Assembly: GCA_963806185.1 (NCBI GenBank)
Contig: CAWDXE010000001.1
Location: forward strand, 640,001-704,000
Origin: an uncultured candidate division Zixibacteria bacterium
Lineage (GTDB): Bacteria; Zixibacteria; MSB-5A5; GN15; FEB-12
Length of the DNA stretch: 64,000 nt
Direction: 5' to 3'
Shown: positions 39,578-49,211 of the stretch, in pieces
Layout of the letters: every line of letters begins with the position of its first letter
How positions within the stretch are numbered: the stretch's first letter is position 1
Made by a program: the position numbers and the translations under genes
The notes under the pieces: generated by a model
What the model saw: the letters and a program-made list of their open reading frames with translations, nothing else
What the model was told of the DNA's origin: nothing
Databases searched by the model: none

Positions 39578-40738
39578 GTGAAACCTGACATTCCAATAGG
39601 CGATCCCGCAAATGCCGCGGGGTCGCTTGCCCGGTCGAACCCCCGTCATGACGGTGCGGGTCGGCGCCGGCGCATGCATCCCGGACTGCGAGTGCTGCTG
39701 GCTGTTGCTGCTCTGCTGCTGTCTCTCACCTACTTCTTTCCGCTTTGGGAGATATCGTTGGACGCTCCCCAGTATCCGGAGGGGCTCGGCCTGGAGATTT
39801 GGATCAATCAGATGCAGGGGCAACACCCGGGTGATCTGAACAAGATCAACAATTTGAATCATTATATAGGGATGAAGCACATCCAGCCGAAATCCATTCC
39901 GGAGCTGAAAATCATGCCCTGGATTATGCGTGGCGTGATGATTATTGGCCTCATAGCCGCAGCGACCGGACGACGATCGATTCTGATACTCTGGCTCCTC
40001 GTGTTCCTGGTGATGGCCATTGCGGGGCTCGTTGATTTCTATATGTGGGGGTATGATTACGGGCACAATCTCGACACGCAACATGCCATCATCAAGGTCC
40101 CGGGGATGAGCTATCAGCCCCCGTTGATCGGCTCCAAGAAATTACTGAATTTCAAGGCGATCTCACTTCCGGGTATCGGGGGATGGTTTGCCATCGCTTC
40201 GTTCGTCATTGGTGCTTTGATCTGGCTGTATGATCGGAGGCGATTCGGTCGCCGAGCTCGGGTCACAGCGGGTGCGATGGCTGGGGTAACAGTGGGTCTG
40301 ATGTTCCTGCTCGCACTCGGCTGCGGTACAACCGGACCGACGCCCATTCAGTATGGAGTAGACCAGTGCGATTACTGCAGGATGACCATCGCGGACCGGA
40401 GATTCGGCACAGAATTGATCACCGACAAAGGAAAGTCGCACAAATACGATTCTATCGAGTGTCTTGCCGCCGCCGAGTTGAAGTCGGCACAGGATGCAAA
40501 GAAGATACGCTCTCAGTGGGTGACCGACTTTGCACATCCGGGAACCTTCCTGGACGTGCGGGCCGCTACGTTCGTTGCCACCGAGCGGCAAAAGAGTCCC
40601 ATGGGCGTGGGACTAGTTGCGGTTGGCACAGACTCCGACGCCGCTGTTCTCATACAATCGGTGGGCGGAGCCGTGGTCGACTGGAACGGCGCAAAGCGCC
40701 TGGTGGCAGAAACATGGAAACTCTCGGAAGAAGAATGA
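39578..40738 (+). CDS. nosL: NosB-like membrane protein fused to NosL copper chaperone
   Basis: N-part 'PLW.I.L.APQYPEGL..INNLNHYIGMK', 'WGYDYGHNLD..YQPPLIG.K.LLNF'; C-part 'CDYCRMTI', 'YDSIEC', 'SPMG'; start could also be the ATG at 39674. Confidence 0.85.
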   Translation: MKPDIPIGDPANAAGSLARSNPRHDGAGRRRRMHPGLRVLLAVAALLLSLTYFFPLWEISLDAPQYPEGLGLEIWINQMQGQHPGDLNKINNLNHYIGMKHIQPKSIPELKIMPWIMRGVMIIGLIAAATGRRSILILWLLVFLVMAIAGLVDFYMWGYDYGHNLDTQHAIIKVPGMSYQPPLIGSKKLLNFKAISLPGIGGWFAIASFVIGALIWLYDRRRFGRRARVTAGAMAGVTVGLMFLLALGCGTTGPTPIQYGVDQCDYCRMTIADRRFGTELITDKGKSHKYDSIECLAAAELKSAQDAKKIRSQWVTDFAHPGTFLDVRAATFVATERQKSPMGVGLVAVGTDSDAAVLIQSVGGAVVDWNGAKRLVAETWKLSEEE

Positions 40739-42027
40739 GGCGTCGGATGTCGCGCGATTCTCGGCTCTTCCCGCTGTCATTTCGCCGGCTGATTATCCTG
40801 TTCTGGATCAGCGGCGCAATAGAACTCCTGGGATCTTTCGACAGTAATGCGTCCACCATTCACGTGCAGCCTGCCGGTCATGTGCGATCGATCGCCGAAG
40901 CGATCGCCGGGGCCTCCCCAGGCGACACCATACGAGTCGCCGCCGGACGCTACGAGGAATTCGACCTGCACATCACCAAGCCGATGACGCTGCTTGGTCA
41001 GGCCTGGCCGGTCATTGATGCGAACGGACGAGGTCCTATTTTCGAGATAACCGCCCCGGGGGTGACTGTCTCGGGCTTTGAGTTACGCGGTGTGCCGGTG
41101 AGTTTTGTGAAAGAGTATGCCGCCATCCTTGTGAGCAACTCAGCCGATTGTGAAATTCGCGGCAATCGCTTCATTGACGATTTCTTTGCCGTCTATCTGG
41201 CAAAATCCCAGTTTTGCCGCATTCTTGACAATGCAATCACGGGATCAGCGAAGGAGCTCACCACAGCCGGCAATGGCATCCATCTCTGGAGTTGCTCCAA
41301 CATCGATATTACCAACAACGTGATTCGGGGACACCGTGACGGCATCTACTTCGAATTCGTGACCCACAGCGCGATAGTGAACAACTCGAGCGAAGACAAC
41401 CTCCGATACGGATTGCACTTCATGTTTTCGGATACCTGCCGGTACGAACGGAATCGCTTCATTCACAACGGGGCCGGCGTCGCCGTTATGTATACGGATT
41501 TCGTCGACATGATCGACAACACCTTCGAGGACAACTGGGGTGGCGCATCCTACGGCCTGCTCCTGAAGGATATCAAGGCCAGCCGGGTGCTTCACAATCA
41601 GTTCACGCGCAATTCAATCGGAATCCACATGGAAGGCTCGGATTACGTTCACATTGAAAGGAATCGTTTTACCGCCAACGGATGGGCCATAAAGATCATG
41701 GCCAACTGCGTGCAAAGTTCGATTGAACAGAATGACTTCATCGACAATTCCTTTCAGGTAGCGACCAACAGCCGTCACACCTTCAGCAGCTTCTCGGGCA
41801 ACTACTGGAGCCCGTACTGTGGCTTTGATCTGGATCGGGACGGGTATGGTGATGAGCCCTACCGTCCGGTAAGCCTTTACAGCTTATTGGTGGAGTCGGA
41901 TCCATCCACGCTCGTGTTAGTGCGAAGCCTGCTCATCGATGTTCTGAATCTGGCTGAACGAATGGTGCCGACCTTCACTCCGGAAGCGCTGGTTGATACC
42001 AAACCGCGCATGAGGCCCGTTACATGA
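40735..42027 (+). CDS. nosD: NosD periplasmic maturation protein
   Basis: CASH beta-helix 'GNGIHLW', 'HRDGIYFEF', 'RYGLHFMFS', 'GNYWS.Y.G.DLD.DGYGD.PYRP'; ATGA overlap with the nosL stop. Confidence 0.93.
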   Translation: MRRRMSRDSRLFPLSFRRLIILFWISGAIELLGSFDSNASTIHVQPAGHVRSIAEAIAGASPGDTIRVAAGRYEEFDLHITKPMTLLGQAWPVIDANGRGPIFEITAPGVTVSGFELRGVPVSFVKEYAAILVSNSADCEIRGNRFIDDFFAVYLAKSQFCRILDNAITGSAKELTTAGNGIHLWSCSNIDITNNVIRGHRDGIYFEFVTHSAIVNNSSEDNLRYGLHFMFSDTCRYERNRFIHNGAGVAVMYTDFVDMIDNTFEDNWGGASYGLLLKDIKASRVLHNQFTRNSIGIHMEGSDYVHIERNRFTANGWAIKIMANCVQSSIEQNDFIDNSFQVATNSRHTFSSFSGNYWSPYCGFDLDRDGYGDEPYRPVSLYSLLVESDPSTLVLVRSLLIDVLNLAERMVPTFTPEALVDTKPRMRPVT

Positions 42028-42734
42028 TTGAGATCAGTCGCCTGCATAAACGTTTCGGACGATTCGTGGCGCTCCATGAGATTGACCTTTTCATCGAACG
42101 CGGAAAGGTTACCGGAATTATCGGACCCAACGGTTCGGGCAAATCTACGTTGATGAAATCATTGCTTGGACTGGTGACGCCGACGTCGGGCACCATCACC
42201 ATTAATGGCTATCTCCTGAATGGTGCGAGTGATTACCGCCGGTCGTTGGGGTACGTACCACAATTGGCTCGCTTCCCCCTGGATCTGACGGGACGGGAGG
42301 TTATTGACGTAGTCAAGGGTCTGCGGGATGAGGGCGCTCGCTTGGAGTCGGAACTCATTCGCCTATTCGGCCTGGAGTCGGAGATCTCGAAGCGGGTGCG
42401 GGCAATGTCGGGTGGTACCCGCCAGAAGCTGAGTGTGGTACTCGCCTGCATGTATGACCCTGCTCTGCTGATCTGCGATGAGCCTACGGCCGGACTCGAT
42501 CCAATTGCGAACACCCGACTGAAAGATCTGTTGCTCTCTTTGAAAGAGAAGAAACGGACCGTGCTCATCACAACCCACATCATGAGCGATTTGGAAGAGG
42601 TCGCCGACAATGTCGTGGTTCTGCTCGAAGGTCGAGTTCGCTTTGCCGGTGCGATCCGAGAATTGAAGCTGGCGACCGATGAACCACGCCTCGAGGCAGC
42701 CGTAGCCCGCCTGCTGGAAAAGGGGGCCGCGTGA
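42024..42734 (+). CDS. nosF: NosF ABC ATPase
   Basis: Walker A 'GPNGSGKST', signature 'MSGGTRQK', 'DEPTAGLDP'; between nosD and nosY. Confidence 0.92.
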   Translation: MIEISRLHKRFGRFVALHEIDLFIERGKVTGIIGPNGSGKSTLMKSLLGLVTPTSGTITINGYLLNGASDYRRSLGYVPQLARFPLDLTGREVIDVVKGLRDEGARLESELIRLFGLESEISKRVRAMSGGTRQKLSVVLACMYDPALLICDEPTAGLDPIANTRLKDLLLSLKEKKRTVLITTHIMSDLEEVADNVVVLLEGRVRFAGAIRELKLATDEPRLEAAVARLLEKGAA

Positions 42735-43522
42735 AATTGACTATGCACATGGCCTGGTACGCGATCCGGGACCTCATGCGTAATCGCTGGGGTCTGCTCT
42801 ACACGGCGTTCTTTGCGGTGCTCACCGTCGGCCTGTTCCAACTGCAGGCGCAATCGGCCAAGGTTGCCGTCAGCCTCATGAGTATCTGTCTTTTTCTCAT
42901 CCCGCTGGTCGCTTCAATATTCGGTACGATCTATTTCTACAATTCGCGTGAATTTGTAGAACTGGTATTGACTCAGCCGGTTGCTCGCAGAACTGTCTTT
43001 CTCGGTATGTTTCTGGGGTTGTCGTTCGCTCTGGTAGCCGGATTTGTTCTCGGCGTTGGTATTCCCACAGTTATATTGGGCGACTGGTCGAGTGGCCAGC
43101 TTGTCTCAATGACTCTTCTGTTAACGGTTGGTTCACTCCTGACCGTCATCTTCCTGGCTATCTCATTCTTGCTGGCGATCATTTTTGATGATCGGGGCAA
43201 GGGGCTGGCCGCAGTGCTGGCGGTCTGGCTCTTCACCGCTCTCGTGTACGACGGGCTGGTGCTATTAGCCGCCATGACTTTCTCGGATTATCCGCTCGAA
43301 ACGCCACTCCTGGTGGCCTCAATGGCCAATCCGATCGACCTGGCGCGGGTTACCTTGCTCATTCAGACGGATTGGGCCGCTCTCATGGGCTACACCGGAG
43401 CCGTCTTCAATCGCTTTTTCGGGACAGCTCTCGGAGTTACGATTGCAGCAATTTCGTTGGGACTCTGGACGGCGGTGCCGTTACTCGCGGGCATTCGGAA
43501 GTTTAGACTCAAAGATCTTTAG
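42731..43522 (+). CDS. nosY: NosY ABC permease
   Basis: 'IPLVASIFGTIYFYNSREF.EL.L.QP', 'YDGL', 'NPIDLARV..L..D..ALMGYTGAVF'. Confidence 0.9.
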   Translation: MKLTMHMAWYAIRDLMRNRWGLLYTAFFAVLTVGLFQLQAQSAKVAVSLMSICLFLIPLVASIFGTIYFYNSREFVELVLTQPVARRTVFLGMFLGLSFALVAGFVLGVGIPTVILGDWSSGQLVSMTLLLTVGSLLTVIFLAISFLLAIIFDDRGKGLAAVLAVWLFTALVYDGLVLLAAMTFSDYPLETPLLVASMANPIDLARVTLLIQTDWAALMGYTGAVFNRFFGTALGVTIAAISLGLWTAVPLLAGIRKFRLKDL

Positions 43523-43593
43523 ACGTTTCAGGCTTTGGGGTCGTTCCGGAACCTGCAACGTATTCGTCTCAAATTCGGAGGATATGGTCAGTT

Positions 43594-45096
43594 ATGCAAT
43601 TGATGCAGTCAGCGAAGAATATGATTAATCGGCTGAAGACGGCACATTCACAGAGCGTCGCATCACTCTACTTACTCACCTTCGGCCTTTTCACACTCGT
43701 CGGTGCCTGTGCGGCTCTGGCGATGCAGCTCGAGCTCTGGAGTGCTTCCTCAACATTGTTCAGTGGCCAGCTATTTGCGCGCCTGCTCACCCAGCACGGT
43801 ATGGTGATGACCTTCGTCGTACTCATACCCCTGATCCCGGCAGTGCTCGGCAACTTCATCTTGCCGTCAGCTGTGGGCTCGCGCGACATGGCCATGAGGA
43901 GATCAAACATAGCCGGTTGGTTTATGCATCTGGTCGGCGCCATTGCGATAGTTGTGGCAGTGGAGTTGGGTGCTTATGACACCGGCTGGACCATGAACAC
44001 GCCGCCCGGTTCGTCAAAGAGCTTCCAGTTGCTCATCGTCGGTCTTGGCCTGATTGCCGTGTCCACCCTTTTGCTCAACCTCGCGATTGCCAGAATCGTT
44101 CTGTCGCGCAAGTATCGCACCATACCTCTCGGTAAGCTTCCGGTACTGGCATGGTTCTTCCTGATCGGCTCTTTGGTTGTACTCATTGTCAGCCCGGTGC
44201 GGATCTTCACGCTGGCACTGTTGTCTCTTCACCAATTTGGCCACACGCCGGTCTTTTCGCTGCTGGACGCCGGCGGCATCATTCGGTATGAACACCTGTT
44301 CTGGGCTTATGCGGGACCGGCGACTTATGCCGCTGTCCTTCCGGCACTGGGCGTCACTTTTGAGGTTCTGGCCGCTTGTGCCGGCACTCCTTTGTTTGCC
44401 CGTCGCGTCGTCATCGTGGCTGCTGTCATATTGGGTCAGCTCGGCCTGGTTTCGTGGGGTCAGCACCTGCTTGTAACAACTGATTCGGAGCTGTTGGCAT
44501 TGACCGGCAGCCTGTTCGGTTTGCTTACTGCCGTTCCGACCTCACTGATACTCCTGAGCTGGTTGATGATGTTGTCTCGGGCAAGAAGTTGGCAGTCGGT
44601 TCCGCTGCTGATCACCTGGCTCCAGACTAGTCTCATAGCACTCGGCGGGCTCGCAGGGATCGTGCTTGCTATTCCTTCGACAGGTCTGACATTTCACAAT
44701 AGTTATTTGACAACCGGCCATCTCCACCTGGTCGCCCTTGGCCTTGTCCTTCTATCATTCCTGGCCGGTCTCATCCACTGGTGGCCTTCCTTCATGCAAA
44801 GGCGCATCGCGCCCGCGGCCGGACGGGCCGTCGCTATCACCATCGTGGTTGGGATCATGACGACTTATCTCCCCATGCTCATCAATGGTGTCGGGGGATC
44901 GCCGAAAGCGCTCAATGTCTATCCCGTTCAATATGAACCGATGCACATGGTATCGACCGCCGGTACGGTCATCCTTCTGGCGGGTCTGCTTGGCGCCGTA
45001 TGGCTTTTTGCTCGAGGCATTCTTGGTGGAAGATTGTCGACTCAGTCAGTAAGGACAGTCTCAAGTGGTGAAGTTGTCTTCCTCGATATACAGTAA
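43594..45096 (+). CDS. Divergent heme-copper oxidase subunit I homolog lacking two CuB ligands
   Basis: About 12 TM with 'QHG..M.F', 'LGNF.LP..G.RDMA', 'GWT', 'HNSY..GHLH'; canonical YSHPxVY and WxHH appear as YAGPATY and WGQH. Confidence 0.85.
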   Translation: MQLMQSAKNMINRLKTAHSQSVASLYLLTFGLFTLVGACAALAMQLELWSASSTLFSGQLFARLLTQHGMVMTFVVLIPLIPAVLGNFILPSAVGSRDMAMRRSNIAGWFMHLVGAIAIVVAVELGAYDTGWTMNTPPGSSKSFQLLIVGLGLIAVSTLLLNLAIARIVLSRKYRTIPLGKLPVLAWFFLIGSLVVLIVSPVRIFTLALLSLHQFGHTPVFSLLDAGGIIRYEHLFWAYAGPATYAAVLPALGVTFEVLAACAGTPLFARRVVIVAAVILGQLGLVSWGQHLLVTTDSELLALTGSLFGLLTAVPTSLILLSWLMMLSRARSWQSVPLLITWLQTSLIALGGLAGIVLAIPSTGLTFHNSYLTTGHLHLVALGLVLLSFLAGLIHWWPSFMQRRIAPAAGRAVAITIVVGIMTTYLPMLINGVGGSPKALNVYPVQYEPMHMVSTAGTVILLAGLLGAVWLFARGILGGRLSTQSVRTVSSGEVVFLDIQ

Positions 45097-45119
45097 CCAA
45101 TAAAACAGGAGGAGTAGCG

Positions 45120-45740
45120 ATGAAGAAAGCATCCGGGCCCCGCACATCTCTCATCCAGGTTCTGGTAGAAGAACACCGACACATCAAGCTAGGCTTGTCC
45201 ATTCTCAACGCCATGCACAAACGCATAACAAGACGCCTTGCCGTCCCCCCGGCAGACCTCGCGACATTGGTCCGCTTCATAAGTGAGTACGCCGACAAGA
45301 TTCATCACCACGGCGAAGAGGAACTGCTGTTCCCGGCGCTGGAGCGGACGTCCAATCGGCAATTGAAGCAGATGGCGGGAAAACTGGGGACTCAACATCT
45401 CATGGGTCGATTATTTGTGAGTGAGATGAAGGATGCCCTCAGGGAGGCTCGGACCAATCGAAGAGGTTGGCGGAACTGCTTTCTGGAGAACGCCAGGGCG
45501 TATCACACACTGCTGACTATTCATATCTGCGATGAAAACAATATGTTCTTTCCGTTGGCCGAGAAAGCACTCAGTCGTGCGAAGGCGACTGTAGGGTCTA
45601 CTCCCGAGGCATTGGCTCCAAGTAAGAAGAGATGGGAAGCGCGTGTGGAGCGGCTGTACCAAAAGTACTGTCCAGGGGTCTCATCTCCCTGTGGCGGCGG
45701 GTCGTCGACGGCCAGCTGTGATTGCGAGAATCGAACCTAA
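45120..45740 (+). CDS. Hemerythrin (HHE) domain protein
   Basis: 'EEHRHI', 'YADKIHHHGEEELLFPAL', 'QH..GR', 'HICDENNMFFPLAE'; GGAGG RBS. Confidence 0.85.
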   Translation: MKKASGPRTSLIQVLVEEHRHIKLGLSILNAMHKRITRRLAVPPADLATLVRFISEYADKIHHHGEEELLFPALERTSNRQLKQMAGKLGTQHLMGRLFVSEMKDALREARTNRRGWRNCFLENARAYHTLLTIHICDENNMFFPLAEKALSRAKATVGSTPEALAPSKKRWEARVERLYQKYCPGVSSPCGGGSSTASCDCENRT

Positions 45741-45992
45741 ATCAGGTAGGCGATTGCCTGCGTCAAAAGTTGTCGTTCAGCCACAGCGACATTCCATCGG
45801 CCCACTGGGGCAATCCCAGTTGGGTATAGATACGTCCGCCCGCATCCCCACCTGATTATTTCGCGGGATTCTAAGCCTTTCCCAACACTTCGCTAACACA
45901 CGCTCGACAATTTCCCTGCATCCAATGGTCCGGCCGCCATGGCTATTTTCCGATCGGCCGCGCCGCAACATCAGGATTTGTGAGGGAATCGT

Positions 45993-48926
45993 ATGGAAGG
46001 TGTTAAGGGAAGACCGTCTGCTCACGTCGGCCGGCAATTGCTGCTATTCATCACGCTTGTCGCTCTGGTCGCAACGTCAGTCATCGCCAATAGCGCGATT
46101 GACCCCGTAGGCGCAGGCAGTATCAGCGGAACGGTGGTTGATGCACAGTCGGGCGAGCCTCTTGTTGGCGTCAGTGTGGCGGTGAACGGCACGAAGCTGG
46201 GCGCCATGACTGATCCGGACGGGCGATTCATGGTCCGCAGCGTTCCCGCGGGCCAATACGCTCTTACGGTTTCGTCAATCGGATATGCCAGGCTCTCGAT
46301 CACTGAGCTCACCCTAACGGACCGTCAGTTAATACAATTGTCCCTGAAACTCACTCCTGAATCTGTTCGACTACACAATGAAATCACGGTCACGGCAAGA
46401 GCCCTGCGCAATACCGAGGCTTCATTGCTCAAGCAACGCCGGCAATCGCAGACGGTCACTGACGCTATCAGCAGCGACGAAATGTCCCGGTCTGCCAGCG
46501 GCAATGCAGCGTTGGCGATGACCAAAGTGGTTGGCGCATCCCTGGTGGCCGGCAAATATGTGTATGTCCGCGGACTGGGCGATCGTTACGGCAATACGCA
46601 ACTCAACGGCAGCCAGCTCCCCAGCCCAGATCCGGAGAAGCAGGCGGCGCCGCTGGACCTCATTCCTTCCGGTCTGCTCGACAACATCGTCGTAACCAAG
46701 AGTTTCAGCCCGGATATGTCAGGGAATTTCACCGGCGGTAGCGTGAACCTGACGACTAAAGACTTTCCCGAGTCTCGGACCATGTCGTTCAGCGCCGGCA
46801 GTTCCTATAATACGCTCTCTACTTTCGAAAATGGGTTGAGTTACTCAGGCGGCAAGCGCGACTGGCTCGGCTTTGATGATGGCTCGCGCGACGTGCCGAG
46901 CGTTCTGCAGGATCCGGACAACATCGCCAGGATGCCGAATGGCCGCGTGATCTTCAAGGATAGCGCCCAAGCTCACCTGGTCGACCAGGCATCTCGCGCT
47001 TTCAGCAAGCAACTCACTCCGACCAAGACGCAAGCGCCTCTCAACCAGAGCTACAGCTTCGCTTTTGGAAATACCTATCAGATGTTCGGTCGTCCGCTCG
47101 GGCTGACCAGCAGTCTTTCCTATACGCGTAACCACACCTATTATGAAGGCGGTCAGCGCAACTTCTACGAGGCCGCGGAAATACAGCCCGGCCAGGTGAT
47201 CCTTGAGCCGCAGGACATCTTTACCGACTCCCGCAGTACTGACGACGTACTGTGGGGAACGCTGGGTGGTATCACCTTCAGTCTGGCCCCCAATCACAAG
47301 ATTGGCGTAAACATCGTTTACGATCGCAGCGGTTCCTCAGAGGCGCGGTATCTTCAGGGATACTCGCTCGAACGGGCCGACAGCAACACGATCTATCGGT
47401 CCCGCGTACTCGGCTACACCGAACGCACCCTGTCCACAGTGCAGCTTCGGGGCGAGCACATTTTCAAGCATGTTCGTCCATCTTGGCAGATCAGCCGCTC
47501 CAATATTCGCGAGGAGCAGCCGGACCTTCGCCAGTCACCGGACGAGTATTATATCGATCGCGAAAGTGACCCGATCGATACCTTTTATCAGTTCGGCTCC
47601 AACTACGCCCCGCCGGCCCGATTCTGGCGCAATACCCACGAAACCAATGATGAGTACAAGCTCGACGTGGCCGTGCCGGTAAGCCATCGCTTGAATTTCA
47701 AACTGGGGTCCAATTACCTTGAGAAGTCCCGCACCAACCGCCAGACACAGTTTAACCTGATCGAAAGCTCACTGCGGTACAACGATTACGGCGACTTTGA
47801 CGAATATCTTCAGCACGCCGGACTCATCGACAGCGTCTCGCTGGACAACCCACGCACGCCGGAAATAGAACCCGGTTATCGATACACCTTTGCATCGTAC
47901 TGGACAAACTCGACATTCCTTCGCGATCAGTACGACGCGTATCAAAAGATCAACGCCAATTACATCATGGCCAACTTCGAGGTTGCGGGACCATTCACGC
48001 TCAGTGGCGGCATTCGGTACGAAAATACGCTCATGAAATCACAGAACCAGGATCCGGCTTCAAGGACCGGATTCATTCACCAGACAGACTGGCTACCGGC
48101 AGTGACACTCAAGTACCAGATCTCCGAAGCCATGAATGCCCGTTTGGCCTACGGCCGCACCTTGGCCCGACCCAGCCTGCGCGAAATGTCGGCCTTTTCA
48201 ACGGAGGAGTTCGCCGGCGCTCGCTTCTTCTCGGGCAATCCGGATCTCAAAATCACCAGGGTCAGGAATTACGACCTGCGCTGGGAATGGTATCAACGGC
48301 CTGGAGAGATATTGGCGGTCAGTGGCTTCTACAAGTCATTCACCAATCCAGTCGAGATTCGGTATTTCGGCACCAACGGTGAGCGGCAACCGGCCAACGT
48401 CGACCGAGCCAAAAGCGTGGGTGCGGAATTTGAATTTCGCAAACGTCTCGATCAGTTGTCCGGAGGGCTTCGACACTTCGAATTGGGCGGAAACCTGACG
48501 CTGGTCCATAGCGAGGTTTCGATTCCCGACGGCGAACTCGCGCTCATGCGCATGCTCGACCCGACCGCCGAAGCCACTCGACCAATGGCCTATCAGTCGC
48601 CCTATGTAGTCAACGTCAGCCTCAGCTACTCACACGACCGCCTCGGCCTGAGCACGGCCGTCTACTGCAATATCGTAGGTCGTCGTTTTTACTACAACTC
48701 GTCGAACCAAACTCCCGATGTCTACGAACTCGGCCGCACGTCGTTGGATATCACGGCCTCTCAGCGTCTGATGGGCGGCATTTCTCTGAAAGTTGCCGCC
48801 AGGAATCTGACCAATGACGATTTCCGTGCCGTCTACCTGCAAACAGGCAGCAATGCCCAGTCCGTATTCGAGCAGCGTGATCTCGGCCGTACTTATTCAT
48901 TCGGCCTGAGCGCCCAAGTCTTCTGA
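45993..48926 (+). CDS. TonB-dependent receptor with N-terminal carboxypeptidase-regulatory-like domain
   Basis: 'GTVVD..SGEPL.GV.V..GT..G..TD.DGRF', plug 'YVRGLGDRY..LNG..PSP..PLDLIP', 'GNPDL', C-terminal F; exact start uncertain. Confidence 0.92.
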   Translation: MEGVKGRPSAHVGRQLLLFITLVALVATSVIANSAIDPVGAGSISGTVVDAQSGEPLVGVSVAVNGTKLGAMTDPDGRFMVRSVPAGQYALTVSSIGYARLSITELTLTDRQLIQLSLKLTPESVRLHNEITVTARALRNTEASLLKQRRQSQTVTDAISSDEMSRSASGNAALAMTKVVGASLVAGKYVYVRGLGDRYGNTQLNGSQLPSPDPEKQAAPLDLIPSGLLDNIVVTKSFSPDMSGNFTGGSVNLTTKDFPESRTMSFSAGSSYNTLSTFENGLSYSGGKRDWLGFDDGSRDVPSVLQDPDNIARMPNGRVIFKDSAQAHLVDQASRAFSKQLTPTKTQAPLNQSYSFAFGNTYQMFGRPLGLTSSLSYTRNHTYYEGGQRNFYEAAEIQPGQVILEPQDIFTDSRSTDDVLWGTLGGITFSLAPNHKIGVNIVYDRSGSSEARYLQGYSLERADSNTIYRSRVLGYTERTLSTVQLRGEHIFKHVRPSWQISRSNIREEQPDLRQSPDEYYIDRESDPIDTFYQFGSNYAPPARFWRNTHETNDEYKLDVAVPVSHRLNFKLGSNYLEKSRTNRQTQFNLIESSLRYNDYGDFDEYLQHAGLIDSVSLDNPRTPEIEPGYRYTFASYWTNSTFLRDQYDAYQKINANYIMANFEVAGPFTLSGGIRYENTLMKSQNQDPASRTGFIHQTDWLPAVTLKYQISEAMNARLAYGRTLARPSLREMSAFSTEEFAGARFFSGNPDLKITRVRNYDLRWEWYQRPGEILAVSGFYKSFTNPVEIRYFGTNGERQPANVDRAKSVGAEFEFRKRLDQLSGGLRHFELGGNLTLVHSEVSIPDGELALMRMLDPTAEATRPMAYQSPYVVNVSLSYSHDRLGLSTAVYCNIVGRRFYYNSSNQTPDVYELGRTSLDITASQRLMGGISLKVAARNLTNDDFRAVYLQTGSNAQSVFEQRDLGRTYSFGLSAQVF

Positions 48927-49211
48927 TTAATGGAAAACGAACAGAACATGCATACAACTCTACCTTCTCGCGGCCAACTTGTCACGCGTAAACCAGCCCT
49001 CAGCGGAATGCGGGGGAACTGGGCGCGTGCAACACGAAATACGGCTGCGCACTCGAGAGCCAAGCGACAGTCGCAACCCGCGCGGTTTTCATCGATGGAC
49101 AGGCCCACGGGCCGGAAATAGGAGGTAGATGATTTCGCACTTGCAGAATAATTCGACTGGACGAATTGGCTTATTGGGTCACACAATTCACAGTAGCGGA
49201 GGATACATTTC

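Noticed and set aside
43594..45096. Calling this gene a functional coxA/ctaD or norB
   Set aside because: Two of three CuB/FeB His ligands are missing and no partner subunits are adjacent.
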